Shown: positions 20,130 through 30,142 of the stretch, piece after piece
How positions within the stretch are numbered: the first letter of the stretch is position 1
Layout: each line of letters opens with the position of its first letter
Assembly (NCBI GenBank): GCA_965203485.1
Contig: OZ241892.1
Location: 2,080,001-2,144,000, forward strand
Direction of reading: 5' to 3'
Source: Longimicrobiales bacterium
GTDB lineage: Bacteria > Gemmatimonadota > Gemmatimonadetes > Longimicrobiales > Gaopeijiaceae
Length of the DNA stretch: 64,000 nt
Notes under the pieces: generated by a model
Told to the model about the DNA's origin: nothing
The model's input: only the letters and a program-made list of their open reading frames with translations
Databases searched by the model: none
Position numbers and translations under genes: made by a program

Positions 20130-21154
20130 GATGGTCGGCCTGCGCCGCCGTCGGCGGCGGAACGCGCCGGGTCGCCGTGCGTGTACGGATTCGCGTCGTT
20201 CGAGGGCGTTTCGGGGACCGAACCGACGGGAGACGGCGGATCGTCGCCCGAACTCGCCGGCGGCGGCGACGGATCGCCGCCTGGACCGGGATCGTCGCGG
20301 TCCGGCGGATCGTCGTCGGGGTTCGGATCGGGATCGACGGCAACGGAACCGGCCGCCGGGTCGCCGCCGATCGCGCGCTGGCGCCGTTCGCGGTTCCGCC
20401 ACGCCAGCGCCGAGAGCCAGATGCTGAACTCGTACAGGAGCACGAGCGGGACCATCATCAGGGCCGTCACCTGCACCATGTCGCCCGGCGAAAGCATGGC
20501 GGCGATCACAGTGACCATGACGATGGCATGACGCCGCTTCGCCCGCAGAAACGTCGGCGTCACGACTCCGAGCACGCTCAGGACGAGGACGACGACCGGC
20601 AGTTCGAAGAGTATCCCGAACCCGAGCAGGAGCTTGACGACGAAGCCGATGTAGCCCGGGGCCGTCCAGCTGGGCTCCATCATGTCGGCCATGAAGCCGA
20701 TCAGAAAGCGCAGCGTCAGCGGCAACGCGACGAAGTAGGCCAGCGCCACGCCCGTCAGGAACAGGAACAGGCCCATGAACAGCGCCGGCAGGATGGTGCG
20801 CTTCTCCGCCTTCTCCAGGGCCGGCGCGAGAAACGCCCATATCTGGTAGATGATGATCGGCGACGCCAGGACCAAGCCGACGGTCAGCGAAATCTTGAGA
20901 AAGATGAAGAACGAATCGGCGGGCGCCAGATAGATCAGTCGCCACTCGGGGCCCAGCACTTCTTGTCCGGGCTCGATGAGAAACCTCGTCACGTCCAAGT
21001 AGTGCACCGCGGCCAACCCGGCGCCGAAGCACGCGGCCACTGCCAGCAGGCTCCAGAGCATCCGGCGACGAAGCTCCTCCAAGTGTTCCAGGAACGGCAT
21101 CTCGGCCCGAGGGTTGAGCTTGCGGGAGAGCAGGCCGTCGCGCAGGCGGTTCAT
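20126..21154 (-). CDS. tatC: twin-arginine translocase subunit TatC
   Basis: MPFLEHLEELRRR, YQIWAFLAPAL, FELP, LYEFSI. Confidence 0.95.
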   Translation of the reverse strand: MNRLRDGLLSRKLNPRAEMPFLEHLEELRRRMLWSLLAVAACFGAGLAAVHYLDVTRFLIEPGQEVLGPEWRLIYLAPADSFFIFLKISLTVGLVLASPIIIYQIWAFLAPALEKAEKRTILPALFMGLFLFLTGVALAYFVALPLTLRFLIGFMADMMEPSWTAPGYIGFVVKLLLGFGILFELPVVVLVLSVLGVVTPTFLRAKRRHAIVMVTVIAAMLSPGDMVQVTALMMVPLVLLYEFSIWLSALAWRNRERRQRAIGGDPAAGSVAVDPDPNPDDDPPDRDDPGPGGDPSPPPASSGDDPPSPVGSVPETPSNDANPYTHGDPARSAADGGAGRPS

Positions 21155-21166
21155 CGTCCCCTCCAG

Positions 21167-21682
21167 CTACTCCACCGTCTCGCGGGGCAGGGCCAGCTCG
21201 GTCTGCCCGATCGCCTGCTGGGCCATGCGTTCGCGAACATGGATTTCGTCCACCGCGCGCCGAAACTCGTCGATGTCCTGGAAGTTCTTGTACACCGACG
21301 CATAGCGGACGTACGCGATCCGGTCCAGCGGCTTCAGGTGCAGCATGACCAGCTCGCCGATGCCGGCCGACTCGATCTGCAGGCCGACCGAACTCGACAA
21401 CGCGTCCTCGACGCAGTCCACGAGGGCCTCGATCTCCTCGGGCGGGACCGGGCGCTTGGCGCACGCCTTCGCCACGCCCGCCCGCAACTTGTCGCGCCGA
21501 AACTCTTCCGCGCGCCCGCTCCGCTTCAGCACTTGCAGGCGCCGCTCCTCGACATACTCGTAGGTGGTGAATCGCGCGGCGCAAGCCAGGCATTCTCGGC
21601 GGCGACGAACGGCCCGGCCCCCGCGAGCCGTGCGCGAGTCCACCACCTTGCTCGATTCGGACTTGCATGCGGGACACTGCAT
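21167..21682 (-). CDS. nrdR: transcriptional repressor NrdR
   Basis: MQCPAC...VVDSR...RRRRECLAC..RFTTYE, ATP cone, AYVRYASVY. Confidence 0.96.
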   Translation of the reverse strand: MQCPACKSESSKVVDSRTARGGRAVRRRRECLACAARFTTYEYVEERRLQVLKRSGRAEEFRRDKLRAGVAKACAKRPVPPEEIEALVDCVEDALSSSVGLQIESAGIGELVMLHLKPLDRIAYVRYASVYKNFQDIDEFRRAVDEIHVRERMAQQAIGQTELALPRETVE

Positions 21683-21740
21683 TCGGACTCGAACTCGCGA
21701 TTCCGGCAGGGCGTTGGCGGCGGGCCTGCCGAGTCTGGCC

Positions 21741-22547
21741 TCACGGGATGTCCCGCAGGCGCTCCTCCGCCATCGAGGCAAACCGGTGATCGCCGTACGA
21801 ATTCACGATCCGCTCCAAGAGTTCGCGGGCCCGATCGAAGTCTTCCATCTGTACATGGACCATGGCGGCCCGGTAGAGAGCAGAGGGCACTTCCTCCGCC
21901 GCGGGGAACAGCTCCGGCACGCGCAGGTAGGTCTCGGCGGCCTCGGTCAACCGGTCCTCGGCGCTGGCCAGCTCGCCCAAGTGCAGATACGCTCCGGGCG
22001 CATGCGGATGGTTGGGGTGCTCCGCGAGGAACCGCGTGAAGCCCATCCTCGCGACCGCGAAGCTACCGAGATTGACTTGGCGCACGGCGGCATCGTACAT
22101 GTCCGCGGCCGGATCGGCGACGCCCGGCTCGTCGTCGCCCATGCCTTGGGAAGCGGAGTCCGACGGCTCCGGGGCGACTTCCCGGGGCCTGGCGGGCCGC
22201 CACCGCTGGGCATCCAGCTCGTCACGGAGAGCCGCTTGGCTGCGCTGGATCTGGCCCGCGAGCTCGTTGAGCCGCTGCAGTTGCTCGAGGATGCCGGCCA
22301 GCTGGCTGTTCACGCCGCCGCGAAAGTCGAAGAACAAGTCCGCGACGGCCCGAATCGAGTCCTGGGTGCCCCTGTTCAGGTCGCGCATTTCCTGCTCGAC
22401 AGCCTGCAGAGCCGCGTCCCGGTTCTGGCTGGCGGCCCGCACGTCGGCCCGCACGTCGCGCATGTCTCGCTTCGTGGCGCACCCACCGGCCACGGCTGCG
22501 ACGACGGCCACCAATCCGGCCCGGGCGACCGACCACCTTGGCCGCAT
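21741..22547 (-). CDS. cpoB: Tol-Pal system TPR protein YbgF/CpoB
   Basis: Lipoprotein-like signal, coiled coil and TPR repeats; immediately downstream of pal. Confidence 0.8.
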   Translation of the reverse strand: MRPRWSVARAGLVAVVAAVAGGCATKRDMRDVRADVRAASQNRDAALQAVEQEMRDLNRGTQDSIRAVADLFFDFRGGVNSQLAGILEQLQRLNELAGQIQRSQAALRDELDAQRWRPARPREVAPEPSDSASQGMGDDEPGVADPAADMYDAAVRQVNLGSFAVARMGFTRFLAEHPNHPHAPGAYLHLGELASAEDRLTEAAETYLRVPELFPAAEEVPSALYRAAMVHVQMEDFDRARELLERIVNSYGDHRFASMAEERLRDIP

Positions 22548-22623
22548 CACTCCCCTTCGTCCATTCGCCCCGCTCCTCCCCCCCCTCCCCACCGCGCTCA
22601 CGGACCGGCCGGCCCGCTGTCGC

Positions 22624-23208
22624 CTAAGGAACGATGTCGGCGCCACCCGCCGTGACGACGAACTCCACCCGCCGGTTCAACGCCCACGCCCGCTCGTCGG
22701 AGCCGGTCTCCACGGGCCGGGCTTCGCCGTAGGAGACCGCGCTGAAGCGGCTCTCGTCGAGACCGAAGCCCCTTATGAAGCGAATCACGGCCTGCGCCCG
22801 CTCGTTGCCGAGAGCGATGTTGTACTCGGACGTGCCGCGCTCGTCGGCGTGTCCCTCCATGCGCAACTCGACGCCTGGATTGCGCCTCAGGATGTCGATC
22901 TTCTCGCGGAGCTTGGCCTCGGCGTCCGCGCGGATGGCCGCCTCGTCGTAGTCGAAGTAGACCGTTTCCGTCAGCGACTGGCGCGCCATTTCGGCCCGTC
23001 GCGCCGCCTCGCGCGCCTCCCGTTCCCGCTCGGCGGCCTCCGCCGCGGCTTGTTCGGCCTCGGCCTGCGCAATCGAGTCCAAGCGCATCTGCTCCAACTC
23101 TTCGGGACTCGGCCCCGGCGGCGAAGCCTCGGCCGGAGGTTCGTTCCCTCCGCACGCTGCGGCGGCGACCACGGCAAGGGCGGCGAGAATCAAGCGAGAA
23201 TCAGACAT
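22624..23208 (-). CDS. pal: peptidoglycan-associated lipoprotein Pal
   Basis: Lipobox AAAC; VYFDYD, EGHADERGTSEYNIALGNERA, VSYGE, NRRVEF. Confidence 0.95.
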   Translation of the reverse strand: MSDSRLILAALAVVAAAACGGNEPPAEASPPGPSPEELEQMRLDSIAQAEAEQAAAEAAEREREAREAARRAEMARQSLTETVYFDYDEAAIRADAEAKLREKIDILRRNPGVELRMEGHADERGTSEYNIALGNERAQAVIRFIRGFGLDESRFSAVSYGEARPVETGSDERAWALNRRVEFVVTAGGADIVP

Positions 23209-23361
23209 CCAGGCTCCCATGGGCAGTAAGAGTGGGCGTGTGCGGCGACGGCCGCGCGGGTCCGACGACGGTCGTCGCCCACGGCCGCGCCGCTTGGCGC
23301 GACGTTACGGGCAAGCTAGACAAGTAAAGCCCGTCGCGCAAGGCAGCGCCGGATCCCGGTT

Positions 23362-23710
23362 TGTCGTACCGCAGTAGAAATGTCCGGTCTTGCCGCAATA
23401 GAAATGTCCTCTTTCGGGCGGCGTTCGGCAGGAGTGCGAGCGCAATCCGGGAGAGAAGCGAATGGAGTCGAGCCTGAAGGAGCGGGACCGCGTGGCGGCG
23501 ATGCGGCAGGCGAGCGAGGGCGTGCCGACGCGCTCGGGGGGCGGCTGGACGTGACGCGGCGCCGCATGAGCCGTCTGATGCGGCTGTTGCGAGCACGAGG
23601 GCGACGGCGCAGCGGTCCACGGGTTGCGGGCCGCCGGTCGAACCGGACTCATGCGCCGGAGGTGCGCGGGCGTGTCTGGCGATGGCGGCGGAGCCGCTGT
23701 GCGCGGGATT
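23362..23710 (+). mobile_element. ISNCY/IS1202-like element remnant (left end plus degraded transposase N-terminus)
   Basis: End begins TGT with two CCGCARTAGAAATGTCC repeats (23369-23385, 23393-23409). Frameshifted SLKERDRVAAMRQ...RLMRLLRA/GDGAAVHGLR/GRRSNR follows. Confidence 0.7.
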
Positions 23711-23928
23711 TCGTCGCGCGCGGCACGAACGGCGGAGAACCGGCGCGCGATCGGCCACGGGGGTCAAGCCGGAGTCCGCGCCATGGAGCAAGAGGCGTCG
23801 TCCGCTCGCCGGGCGGACACGGTCGTGGAGCCGGACCCGGAGGTCGTGGCGAAGCCCGCAGGGCGGCCGGTTCGCGGCGGCGTACAGGATGCGCGTCGTC
23901 GAGGAGGCGGAGCGGTGCGCGGGAGACC

Positions 23929-25572
23929 CTAGGAGTCTGTAGGCCGTAGGGAAGGGGCCGGGGCGTAGCAGACGGGGCGGCGGGCAGGCGTTAGGCGGAC
24001 GGGTCGGGCGATGGGCGGCATGGGGCGTCGGCGGGCGTGCAACGGACGACGCGAGGCCGATTTTGGGCGGGAAAGGGCGCGCGGGGCGTGCGGAGCGTCG
24101 CGTTTGGGCGCACGACGCCTGGGGGGCGTACGGTTCGCGAAGAGCTTGAGCAGGTTGTGGCAGGCGCAGACCAGCGCCCACTCGGCCTCGACCGCCTCGA
24201 GTCTTCGGAACGAGAAGCGCCGAAAGCCGCGCGCCTGCTTGATCTGGCCATTGACCGGCTCGACGACGGCCTTGCGGCGCGCGTACAACGCTCGTCCGTC
24301 CTCGCTGGCGACCCGGGCCCGCATCCGCTCCCGTGGCGACGCGTCCTGCCGCGCGGCGGCGTCCGTTTTCGGAGATGTCCCTTGGGGCTTGCGCGCCGTC
24401 GCGACCCAGGCCTCCGTCCCCAGGGCGCGCGCTTGCGCCTCGACGCCCGGACGCCAGTATCCGGCGTCGGCCGTCGCGTTCGCCGGCGCCTCGCCCAGGT
24501 TCGCCCTGGCCCGCTCGAGCACCGGCTCCAGATTGCGGCAGTCGGCCGGCTGGTTCGTCACGCCGTGCGCCACGACGACCTGCGCGGCGTCGTCGACCGC
24601 CAGTTGCGCGTTGTACGCCTGCACGAATCCGTGCGCCCCCATCATGATGTGGCTCTCCGGGTCCGTGAAGTTGCATTGCGCCCCGCCGACCGGTCGCCCG
24701 CCCGGCGTCGCCGGCGTCTCCTTGCGCGGCAACTGTCCCGGCTCGCTCGCGGACGCGCCGCCTTGCGGGTCCAGCGCGTCCGCACGCGCCCGCCGCCGCG
24801 CCGCCTTCGTGCGCAATCCCTTCGCCACGACCGAACTCCCACAGCGCGCCGCCGTCCGCTCCATGCCCTGCGCTTGTGCCCGCAACTTGCGCGCCCGCGC
24901 CCGCCGCGCCTCGTCCTCCAATCGCGCCTTCGCTTCCCGGATCCGCGCCAGCCGGCCCTCGCGCCGGCTCAGCGCCTCCGGCAATCCCTCCGCGCTTCCC
25001 TCCCCCTGCGACTCGGCCCGGTCCGCCGCTTCCGCCTCCGCCAGCATCCGCGCCACCTCCTCGGCCAACCGCTTCTCTTCGGCCACCATGCGCGCATAGC
25101 TCATCGCCTTGTGCTTGCTCGCGTTCGCCTCGACCTTCGTCCCGTCCACCGCCACGTGCTTCAGCTTCACCAGCCCCGCCGCCCCGCACAGCTTCAGCAC
25201 CTCCACGAACAAGCGCTCGAAGCGCTTGCGGTGCACACGGCGAAACTCGTTGATCGTCGTGAAGTGCGGCTCCGCGTTGCCCGTCAGCACACGAAACGCC
25301 ACATGCTCCCGGCACGCCCGAGCCATGCGCCGCGACGAGTACACGCCCGAGCTGTACGCGTACACCAGCAACGCCACCATCATCCTCGGATCGTACGGCC
25401 GCTGGCCCCGCGCGTCCTTCGCCTGAACCGCCGCCTCGATCCCCGAAATGTCCAGCTCCGACACCACGTCCAATACGAACCACACCAAGTGGTCCTCCGG
25501 CAACCAGTCCCGCATCGACGGCGGCATCAGGTACAGCTGGTCCAGCCTCCACGCCTGGTACTGCTTCTTCAC
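23929..25572 (-). CDS. IS1182-family DDE transposase
   Basis: DWLPEDHL, YDPRMM, YSSRR, VDGTKVEANASK, TDPES, YNAQ, ADAGY, VEPVNGQIK. The stop codon lies in the CTAG target. Confidence 0.93.
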   Translation of the reverse strand: MKKQYQAWRLDQLYLMPPSMRDWLPEDHLVWFVLDVVSELDISGIEAAVQAKDARGQRPYDPRMMVALLVYAYSSGVYSSRRMARACREHVAFRVLTGNAEPHFTTINEFRRVHRKRFERLFVEVLKLCGAAGLVKLKHVAVDGTKVEANASKHKAMSYARMVAEEKRLAEEVARMLAEAEAADRAESQGEGSAEGLPEALSRREGRLARIREAKARLEDEARRARARKLRAQAQGMERTAARCGSSVVAKGLRTKAARRRARADALDPQGGASASEPGQLPRKETPATPGGRPVGGAQCNFTDPESHIMMGAHGFVQAYNAQLAVDDAAQVVVAHGVTNQPADCRNLEPVLERARANLGEAPANATADAGYWRPGVEAQARALGTEAWVATARKPQGTSPKTDAAARQDASPRERMRARVASEDGRALYARRKAVVEPVNGQIKQARGFRRFSFRRLEAVEAEWALVCACHNLLKLFANRTPPRRRAPKRDAPHAPRALSRPKSASRRPLHARRRPMPPIARPVRLTPARRPVCYAPAPSLRPTDS

Positions 25573-25676
25573 TCGACCCCCCCGTTGAAGAATCGCTCGC
25601 CTCCCCCGCACACCCCCAATATTGCCCCCCCGCCACATCCCGCCACAAGAAGAAACGAGCTATGCGCTACAGGCTC
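23933..25676 (-). mobile_element. IS1182-family insertion sequence
   Basis: Terminal inverted repeats GAGTCTGTAG / CTACAGGCTC (9 of 10 match), flanked by a CTAG duplication at 23929-23932 and 25677-25680. Confidence 0.9.
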
Positions 25677-26062
25677 CTAGCGCGGTCGGCCGGTTGCCGA
25701 GGTGCGCGCGGTCGCACTCGTCGCACCGGCGGCGTGGCGGCAAGCGGCGCGATGGACGGCCGACGGCACTGTCGCAGAGGCTGTCGACTCGCTCGCCGAG
25801 ACGGTGGCGTCGTTGCAGCCGCAACCAAGTGTGGTCGTGGACATCACGCGGCTGCGGGGAGCCGGTCGAGTGGACGTACTTCCACCTCTACGTGATCCTG
25901 GACCTCTTCAGCCGCTGCGCCATCGGCTGGGTGGTGGCCGAGCGCGAGACCACCGCGTGAGGTTGCCGCCTGATCGAGGAAGCGTGCGCAAAGCAGAGCG
26001 TGCGTCCCCACGTCGGCACGTTGCACTCCGGCCGCCGGCCGGCGCATCGCCTGCTTGCGCGC

Positions 26063-26929
26063 AAGTCGCACCCGGACTTCGCTTCGAACCGGCTCCTCTA
26101 CATCAGCTATTCCAAGCCCTTGGCCGAAGAGGACGGCGCGACCACGGCCGTTGTGCGCGGCACGTTCGAGGACGACCGCTTCACGCTTGCGGACGAGATC
26201 TTCGAGGCCGTCTCGCGAGGCGCCGGCCACTACGGCTGCAAGCTGGCCTTCGACGAGCAGGGCCGCCTCTTCCTCACCGTGGGCGACCGCCAAGTCCCGC
26301 CCAGAGGCGACTTGGCCGCCCACCCGGCCCAGGACCCGTCCAACCACCACGGAGTCGTGGTCCGCCTGAACGACGACGGGCGGGTTCCGTCCGACAACCC
26401 GTTCGCGGGACGCGACGACGCCCGCCACGACATCTGGAGCTACGGCCACCGCAATCCGCAGGGCCTCGCCATCCACCCCGAGACCGGCGCCGTCTGGCTC
26501 ACCGAGCACGGCCCCCAAGGCGGCGACGAAGTCAACGTCGCCGCGCCCGGCGCCAACTACGGCTGGCCCGTCATCGGCTACGGCGTCAACTACCGCAGCG
26601 GCGCCGCCATCCACGCCTCCACCCACGCCGAGGGCATGGAGCAGCCCGTCCACATATGGGTGCCCTCCATAGGCGCCTCCGGCCTCCTCTTCTACACCGG
26701 CGACCAGTTCCCCGAATGGCGCGGCGACCTGCTCGCGGGCGGCCTCTCCGGCCAGCGCATCGACCGCCTGACCGTCGAAGGCGACCGCGTCGTCGCTTCG
26801 GAGACCATCCTCCAAGGCCTGGGCCGCGTCCGCGACGTCCGCCAGGGACCGGACGGCCTCATCTACGTGGCAATCGACTCCCGCCAAGGCGAGCAGACGC
26901 CGGTCGTGAGGCTGGAGCCGGCGGGGTAG
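26063..26929 (+). pseudogene. N-terminally truncated PQQ-dependent sugar dehydrogenase (GSDH/YliI family)
   Basis: HPDFASNRLLYISY, WSYGHRNPQGL, EHGPQGGDEVN, GRVRDVRQGPDG. The 5' part is replaced by IS3 debris. Confidence 0.8.
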
Positions 26930-27072
26930 CCGAGGTCAACGAAACCACCCGGACAAGCACAGATGGACGACGTCGTCCTGCTCGTTCCCGGCGGCATCCG
27001 TGATGGGAATCGTCCAGTAGAAACGATAACGGCTTGTTGTTGATCCATGTCGAGGATCATCGCTCATACTCA

Positions 27073-27591
27073 TCAGTATATGGCCCCAGGCTCCGGTTCG
27101 GCGGGCACTGATTGCAAGCACAGATGAACCGTGCCACCCTGTTCACCTTCCACTGGCCCTGCGACGAATAATGTCTTGTAGCCAGAAACGCAATCGACAA
27201 ACCAAAACGGATAATCCTCTTCTGAGGACCGGAGGTCGATCCCGAGAAACCAGTTGTGGGCCGGGTCCAACATCCAGGAGATCGATCCGTCGGCGACACG
27301 GCGCCCATCGTTGATTATCCGAACGAACACTTGCTGATTGCCGTGTTTTGGCACGCTTGTCGATACTGCCCAGCGCGTGTCGTTGGCGATCATCGCGAAA
27401 TCTTCGGGTCGAAACGTATGCCCGTCGATTTCGACTTCCAATCCAGCAAGATCCGCATTCTCTTCGCTCACAGGAGGTGTTGCATGAACCTCCAATCGAC
27501 AGCACTTGTCTTCACAGGCATTAACTGCGAGCAGAATGATTGCCGTTGCGATTCGCGCACACCAACGACATTTGATGATTGTTGTATTCAT
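27073..27591 (-). CDS. hypothetical lipoprotein
   Basis: ORF with lipobox-like LLAVNAC and lower GC; 24 bp downstream of the peptidase gene. Confidence 0.65.
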   Translation of the reverse strand: MNTTIIKCRWCARIATAIILLAVNACEDKCCRLEVHATPPVSEENADLAGLEVEIDGHTFRPEDFAMIANDTRWAVSTSVPKHGNQQVFVRIINDGRRVADGSISWMLDPAHNWFLGIDLRSSEEDYPFWFVDCVSGYKTLFVAGPVEGEQGGTVHLCLQSVPAEPEPGAIY

Positions 27592-27615
27592 TTCATTGCT
27601 CTCCGGGTTTCGTGT

Positions 27616-29391
27616 TCATCGCCCAACATTCTTGAGCCATGTCGAGCGAATATGGTCGGCATTCCAGTTCGAAGGTTCTCTTGCCTTCTCGGAAACGGTA
27701 TGAGGACTCGCTACCGAGAAATGAGCTCTGTGTACAGAAGAATTGACTCTGTTTTCCAAGCACCAGATGAAGTCCGTGACGTTTTCGCGAGCGCGCCATA
27801 TATAATTTCCTCTAAACGTGCGATAGCGAACGCGACATGTCCTGAAGACCTCGATGACGTACGTCGAAGAATACGTCGTGCGGTCTCCCGTCTCGTTTGT
27901 GGCATCAATCAAATCGTGAAACAACGCCGCTACGCTACCTTCGACCTCCGCTGGTCTTGAACGAGATGAATGACGGGGACGAAAATGTTCGTAATTTTCA
28001 TAAGCAGGAGCGCCAACGCTGGCCGCGTAGTCTGCCAGTCCTTCTTGTAGCGCACATGTATACGACGACGCCTCGTCAATGTAATGGGGATCGCAGTTTC
28101 TAGCTGACCACAACCCTCCCAGAGACGCATGGTGCAACGCATGGGCATACTCGTGTGCTACAACCCATTTGTTCTTGTACGACTTTCCAAACACGATCTC
28201 GTCATCACGGGAACGAAAATACGACTTGTTAGCAGTCGGACTGACTCGCCATTTTACCGGCGACCTGCCGTAGCCGAAGTGGCTGCGGATTCGAGGAATC
28301 ACTTCGTTGAGGTAACCCCAAGTCACATAGATGTACTTCGGGACGACGAACTGAATCGTATCGCCGCACTGGTATGCCCCCACCTCCCAACCGTACAAGA
28401 AAGGCTTGGCGCGCGCGTCTGTCGTGCCAGGCACGCTGCCGTGGCCGTGCCAATACTCGAAAGGTCCAGCGCAGGGGTACTGCACAATTCCGTTGCGCGG
28501 GACTCGGCGCCAGACGGTGGTCCGGCTAGTATCGGATTGGCCGTACAGCCGGGCGTCGACGTCGGCCCCCTCGGCTGGCAGATAGCGACCGTCGTCGTAG
28601 TACACGACTTCCAGCCATGTCGAGCTTGCAGATGAGGCGGCAGCCGAGGCCGCACCTCGCGCTTTCGTCCGGCCACCGTGACGAGCACGGAACGGACCGG
28701 GTTGCGGAACAATTCGGTCGGGAAAGAGAGAAGCCACGAACCCGCGAGTCAAGACGCCGCCAGCCTCGACGACGTACATCCACGCTTGCTCGTGCGTGTC
28801 GTCGAGCAGATACGGGCCGCGACCCGACGGATCCGGCCCTCTCGTGCGGATGTCCACGGCCACGTGGTAGTATCCCTTTCCCGGCAGGCGAAGCGGCACG
28901 TTCCGCTTCCAGGTCTCGCCCTTGGCAATTCCGGAGAGGGTCCACGAGCCGATTGTCGGCATCTTGGACGACGGCGGGAAGCGTGGCTGCTTGTCGGGGC
29001 CAACATACGCCATCCCCGCCATCGTCGGCAACACGAGTTGGACCGATCCGCTCGATATGGCCTCGGTGGCCGTCGCTTCCAGCTCGAGGACCACGGCCGA
29101 ATGCGGCGCCAGGGGTCCCACGACCTTTATGGCCAAGTCGAGCCTTGGCACGAAGTTGTCGACAATGTCCTCTGTTTGCGACACGGCCAGGAAGGTTCCG
29201 CCGGCCATTGAGGCCGAGTCGGCCGCCGTTTCCGGCTTGGCGAGATCGAGCGGATGGTCCGAGCAACCAGCCAGCATCACGGCCATGGCCAGCAGACTCA
29301 AGGCCAAGGTCCGTCGATGGGCGGGCGCATGCCCCGTGGTCCCTCTCGGGACGGGCCGCGCTCTTGCGCGAGTCACGATTGCGATTCTCAT
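27616..29391 (-). CDS. putative lipoprotein zinc metallopeptidase (gluzincin-like)
   Basis: Lipobox MLAGC; AHEYAHALH followed by ALQEGLADY; GAGGAG RBS. Confidence 0.7.
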   Translation of the reverse strand: MRIAIVTRARARPVPRGTTGHAPAHRRTLALSLLAMAVMLAGCSDHPLDLAKPETAADSASMAGGTFLAVSQTEDIVDNFVPRLDLAIKVVGPLAPHSAVVLELEATATEAISSGSVQLVLPTMAGMAYVGPDKQPRFPPSSKMPTIGSWTLSGIAKGETWKRNVPLRLPGKGYYHVAVDIRTRGPDPSGRGPYLLDDTHEQAWMYVVEAGGVLTRGFVASLFPDRIVPQPGPFRARHGGRTKARGAASAAASSASSTWLEVVYYDDGRYLPAEGADVDARLYGQSDTSRTTVWRRVPRNGIVQYPCAGPFEYWHGHGSVPGTTDARAKPFLYGWEVGAYQCGDTIQFVVPKYIYVTWGYLNEVIPRIRSHFGYGRSPVKWRVSPTANKSYFRSRDDEIVFGKSYKNKWVVAHEYAHALHHASLGGLWSARNCDPHYIDEASSYTCALQEGLADYAASVGAPAYENYEHFRPRHSSRSRPAEVEGSVAALFHDLIDATNETGDRTTYSSTYVIEVFRTCRVRYRTFRGNYIWRARENVTDFIWCLENRVNSSVHRAHFSVASPHTVSEKAREPSNWNADHIRSTWLKNVGR

Positions 29392-29488
29392 TTTGAAGTA
29401 CTCCTCTTGCTATCGGCGTGAAGCGTTGCGGTCTGGACATCTGGATAGCGGCCGCCCAAGCTGCGAGGCGACATGCCTCTAGCCTCGC

Positions 29489-29504
29489 GCATGAACCGTG
29501 CCAA
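29489..29504 (-). promoter_or_regulatory. putative sigma-54 (-24/-12) promoter
   Basis: Minus strand reads TTGGCACGGTTCATGC, with GG-N10-GC spacing, ~100 bp upstream of the peptidase start. Confidence 0.55.
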
Positions 29505-29541
29505 ACCGTTTGGTCTTGATTTTCAAGGCATTTTGAGGAGG

Positions 29542-29583
29542 AGTGTCCCGTGAGCGCGACACCCAGTGTCCGATGAGCACGAC
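29542..29583. repeat. imperfect 19-bp direct repeat pair, possible IS end
   Basis: AGTGTCCCGTGAGCGCGAC and AGTGTCCGATGAGCACGAC, 23-bp period. Confidence 0.45.
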
Positions 29584-29746
29584 GCCCTGGGCGCCGCAAC
29601 GGGACGGCCTCCCGCGAGCTGGTCGCCGGCGGCAAGGGGGGAACGGCGGCGCACGACCGGCGTCCCCTGCTTCGACGCGCGCGCTCGGACTTGGTTGGCG
29701 TCCGCCGGCGGATCTGGCGTGGGTCAGCACGCATGCCGTTGCGGCG

Positions 29747-30136
29747 TCAGCGCACCACCCTGACGGTCACGCCCCGGATCTTCAGCTCCGCCCATGCGCG
29801 GTCGGCGGTCACGGCGGGAACGCGCAACCGGCGGGCCGTCGCGAGACACGCGAGGGCGCCGAGAGAAGGGTCCAGGCGCTTCGTCTTGGGCAGGTAGGCG
29901 TCGGCGCGCAGGGCCGTCTCGGCGTCGAAGGGAACGATCTCGATGTCGAGTTCCGTGAACACGTCGGCGACCTCGCCCGCGGTCCAGCCGTCCGCGCGGA
30001 GACGGCCGGCGACTTCGGCCACGTTGACCGAGGACATGGCCGCGCCGTGGCCGAGCGCCTCTTCGACGAGTTCCGCGCCCGGCTCGCCGAAGACGGCCGC
30101 CAAGAGGGCCGAAGCGTCCAAGAGAACCCGGCGCAT
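29747..30136 (-). CDS. vapC: type II TA VapC-family PIN toxin
   Basis: VLLDASALLA...SSVNVAEV...SLGALACLATA...VTADRAW. Confidence 0.88.
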   Translation of the reverse strand: MRRVLLDASALLAAVFGEPGAELVEEALGHGAAMSSVNVAEVAGRLRADGWTAGEVADVFTELDIEIVPFDAETALRADAYLPKTKRLDPSLGALACLATARRLRVPAVTADRAWAELKIRGVTVRVVR

Positions 30137-30142
30137 GACCCG

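Larger units (their letters stand above)
23783..26040 (+). pseudogene. degraded IS3-family element (orfA/orfB fragments) interrupted by IS1182
   Basis: EPDPEVVAKP/RFAAAYRMRVVEEAERC lies before the insertion. NQVWSW/ITRLR/WTYFHLYVILDLFSRCAIGWVVAERE (integrase core, with stop and frameshifts) lies after it. Confidence 0.8.

Noticed and set aside
15739..20343. 1534-aa ORF as a single giant protein
   Set aside because: Only the last 376 codons (from 16869) have a signal peptide, an RBS and a sensible composition; the rest overlaps lptD in another frame.
26000..26929. Intact 309-aa dehydrogenase gene starting at 26000
   Set aside because: The first ~20 codons derive from the IS3 remnant, and the signal peptide and first propeller blades are missing, so it is treated as a pseudogene.
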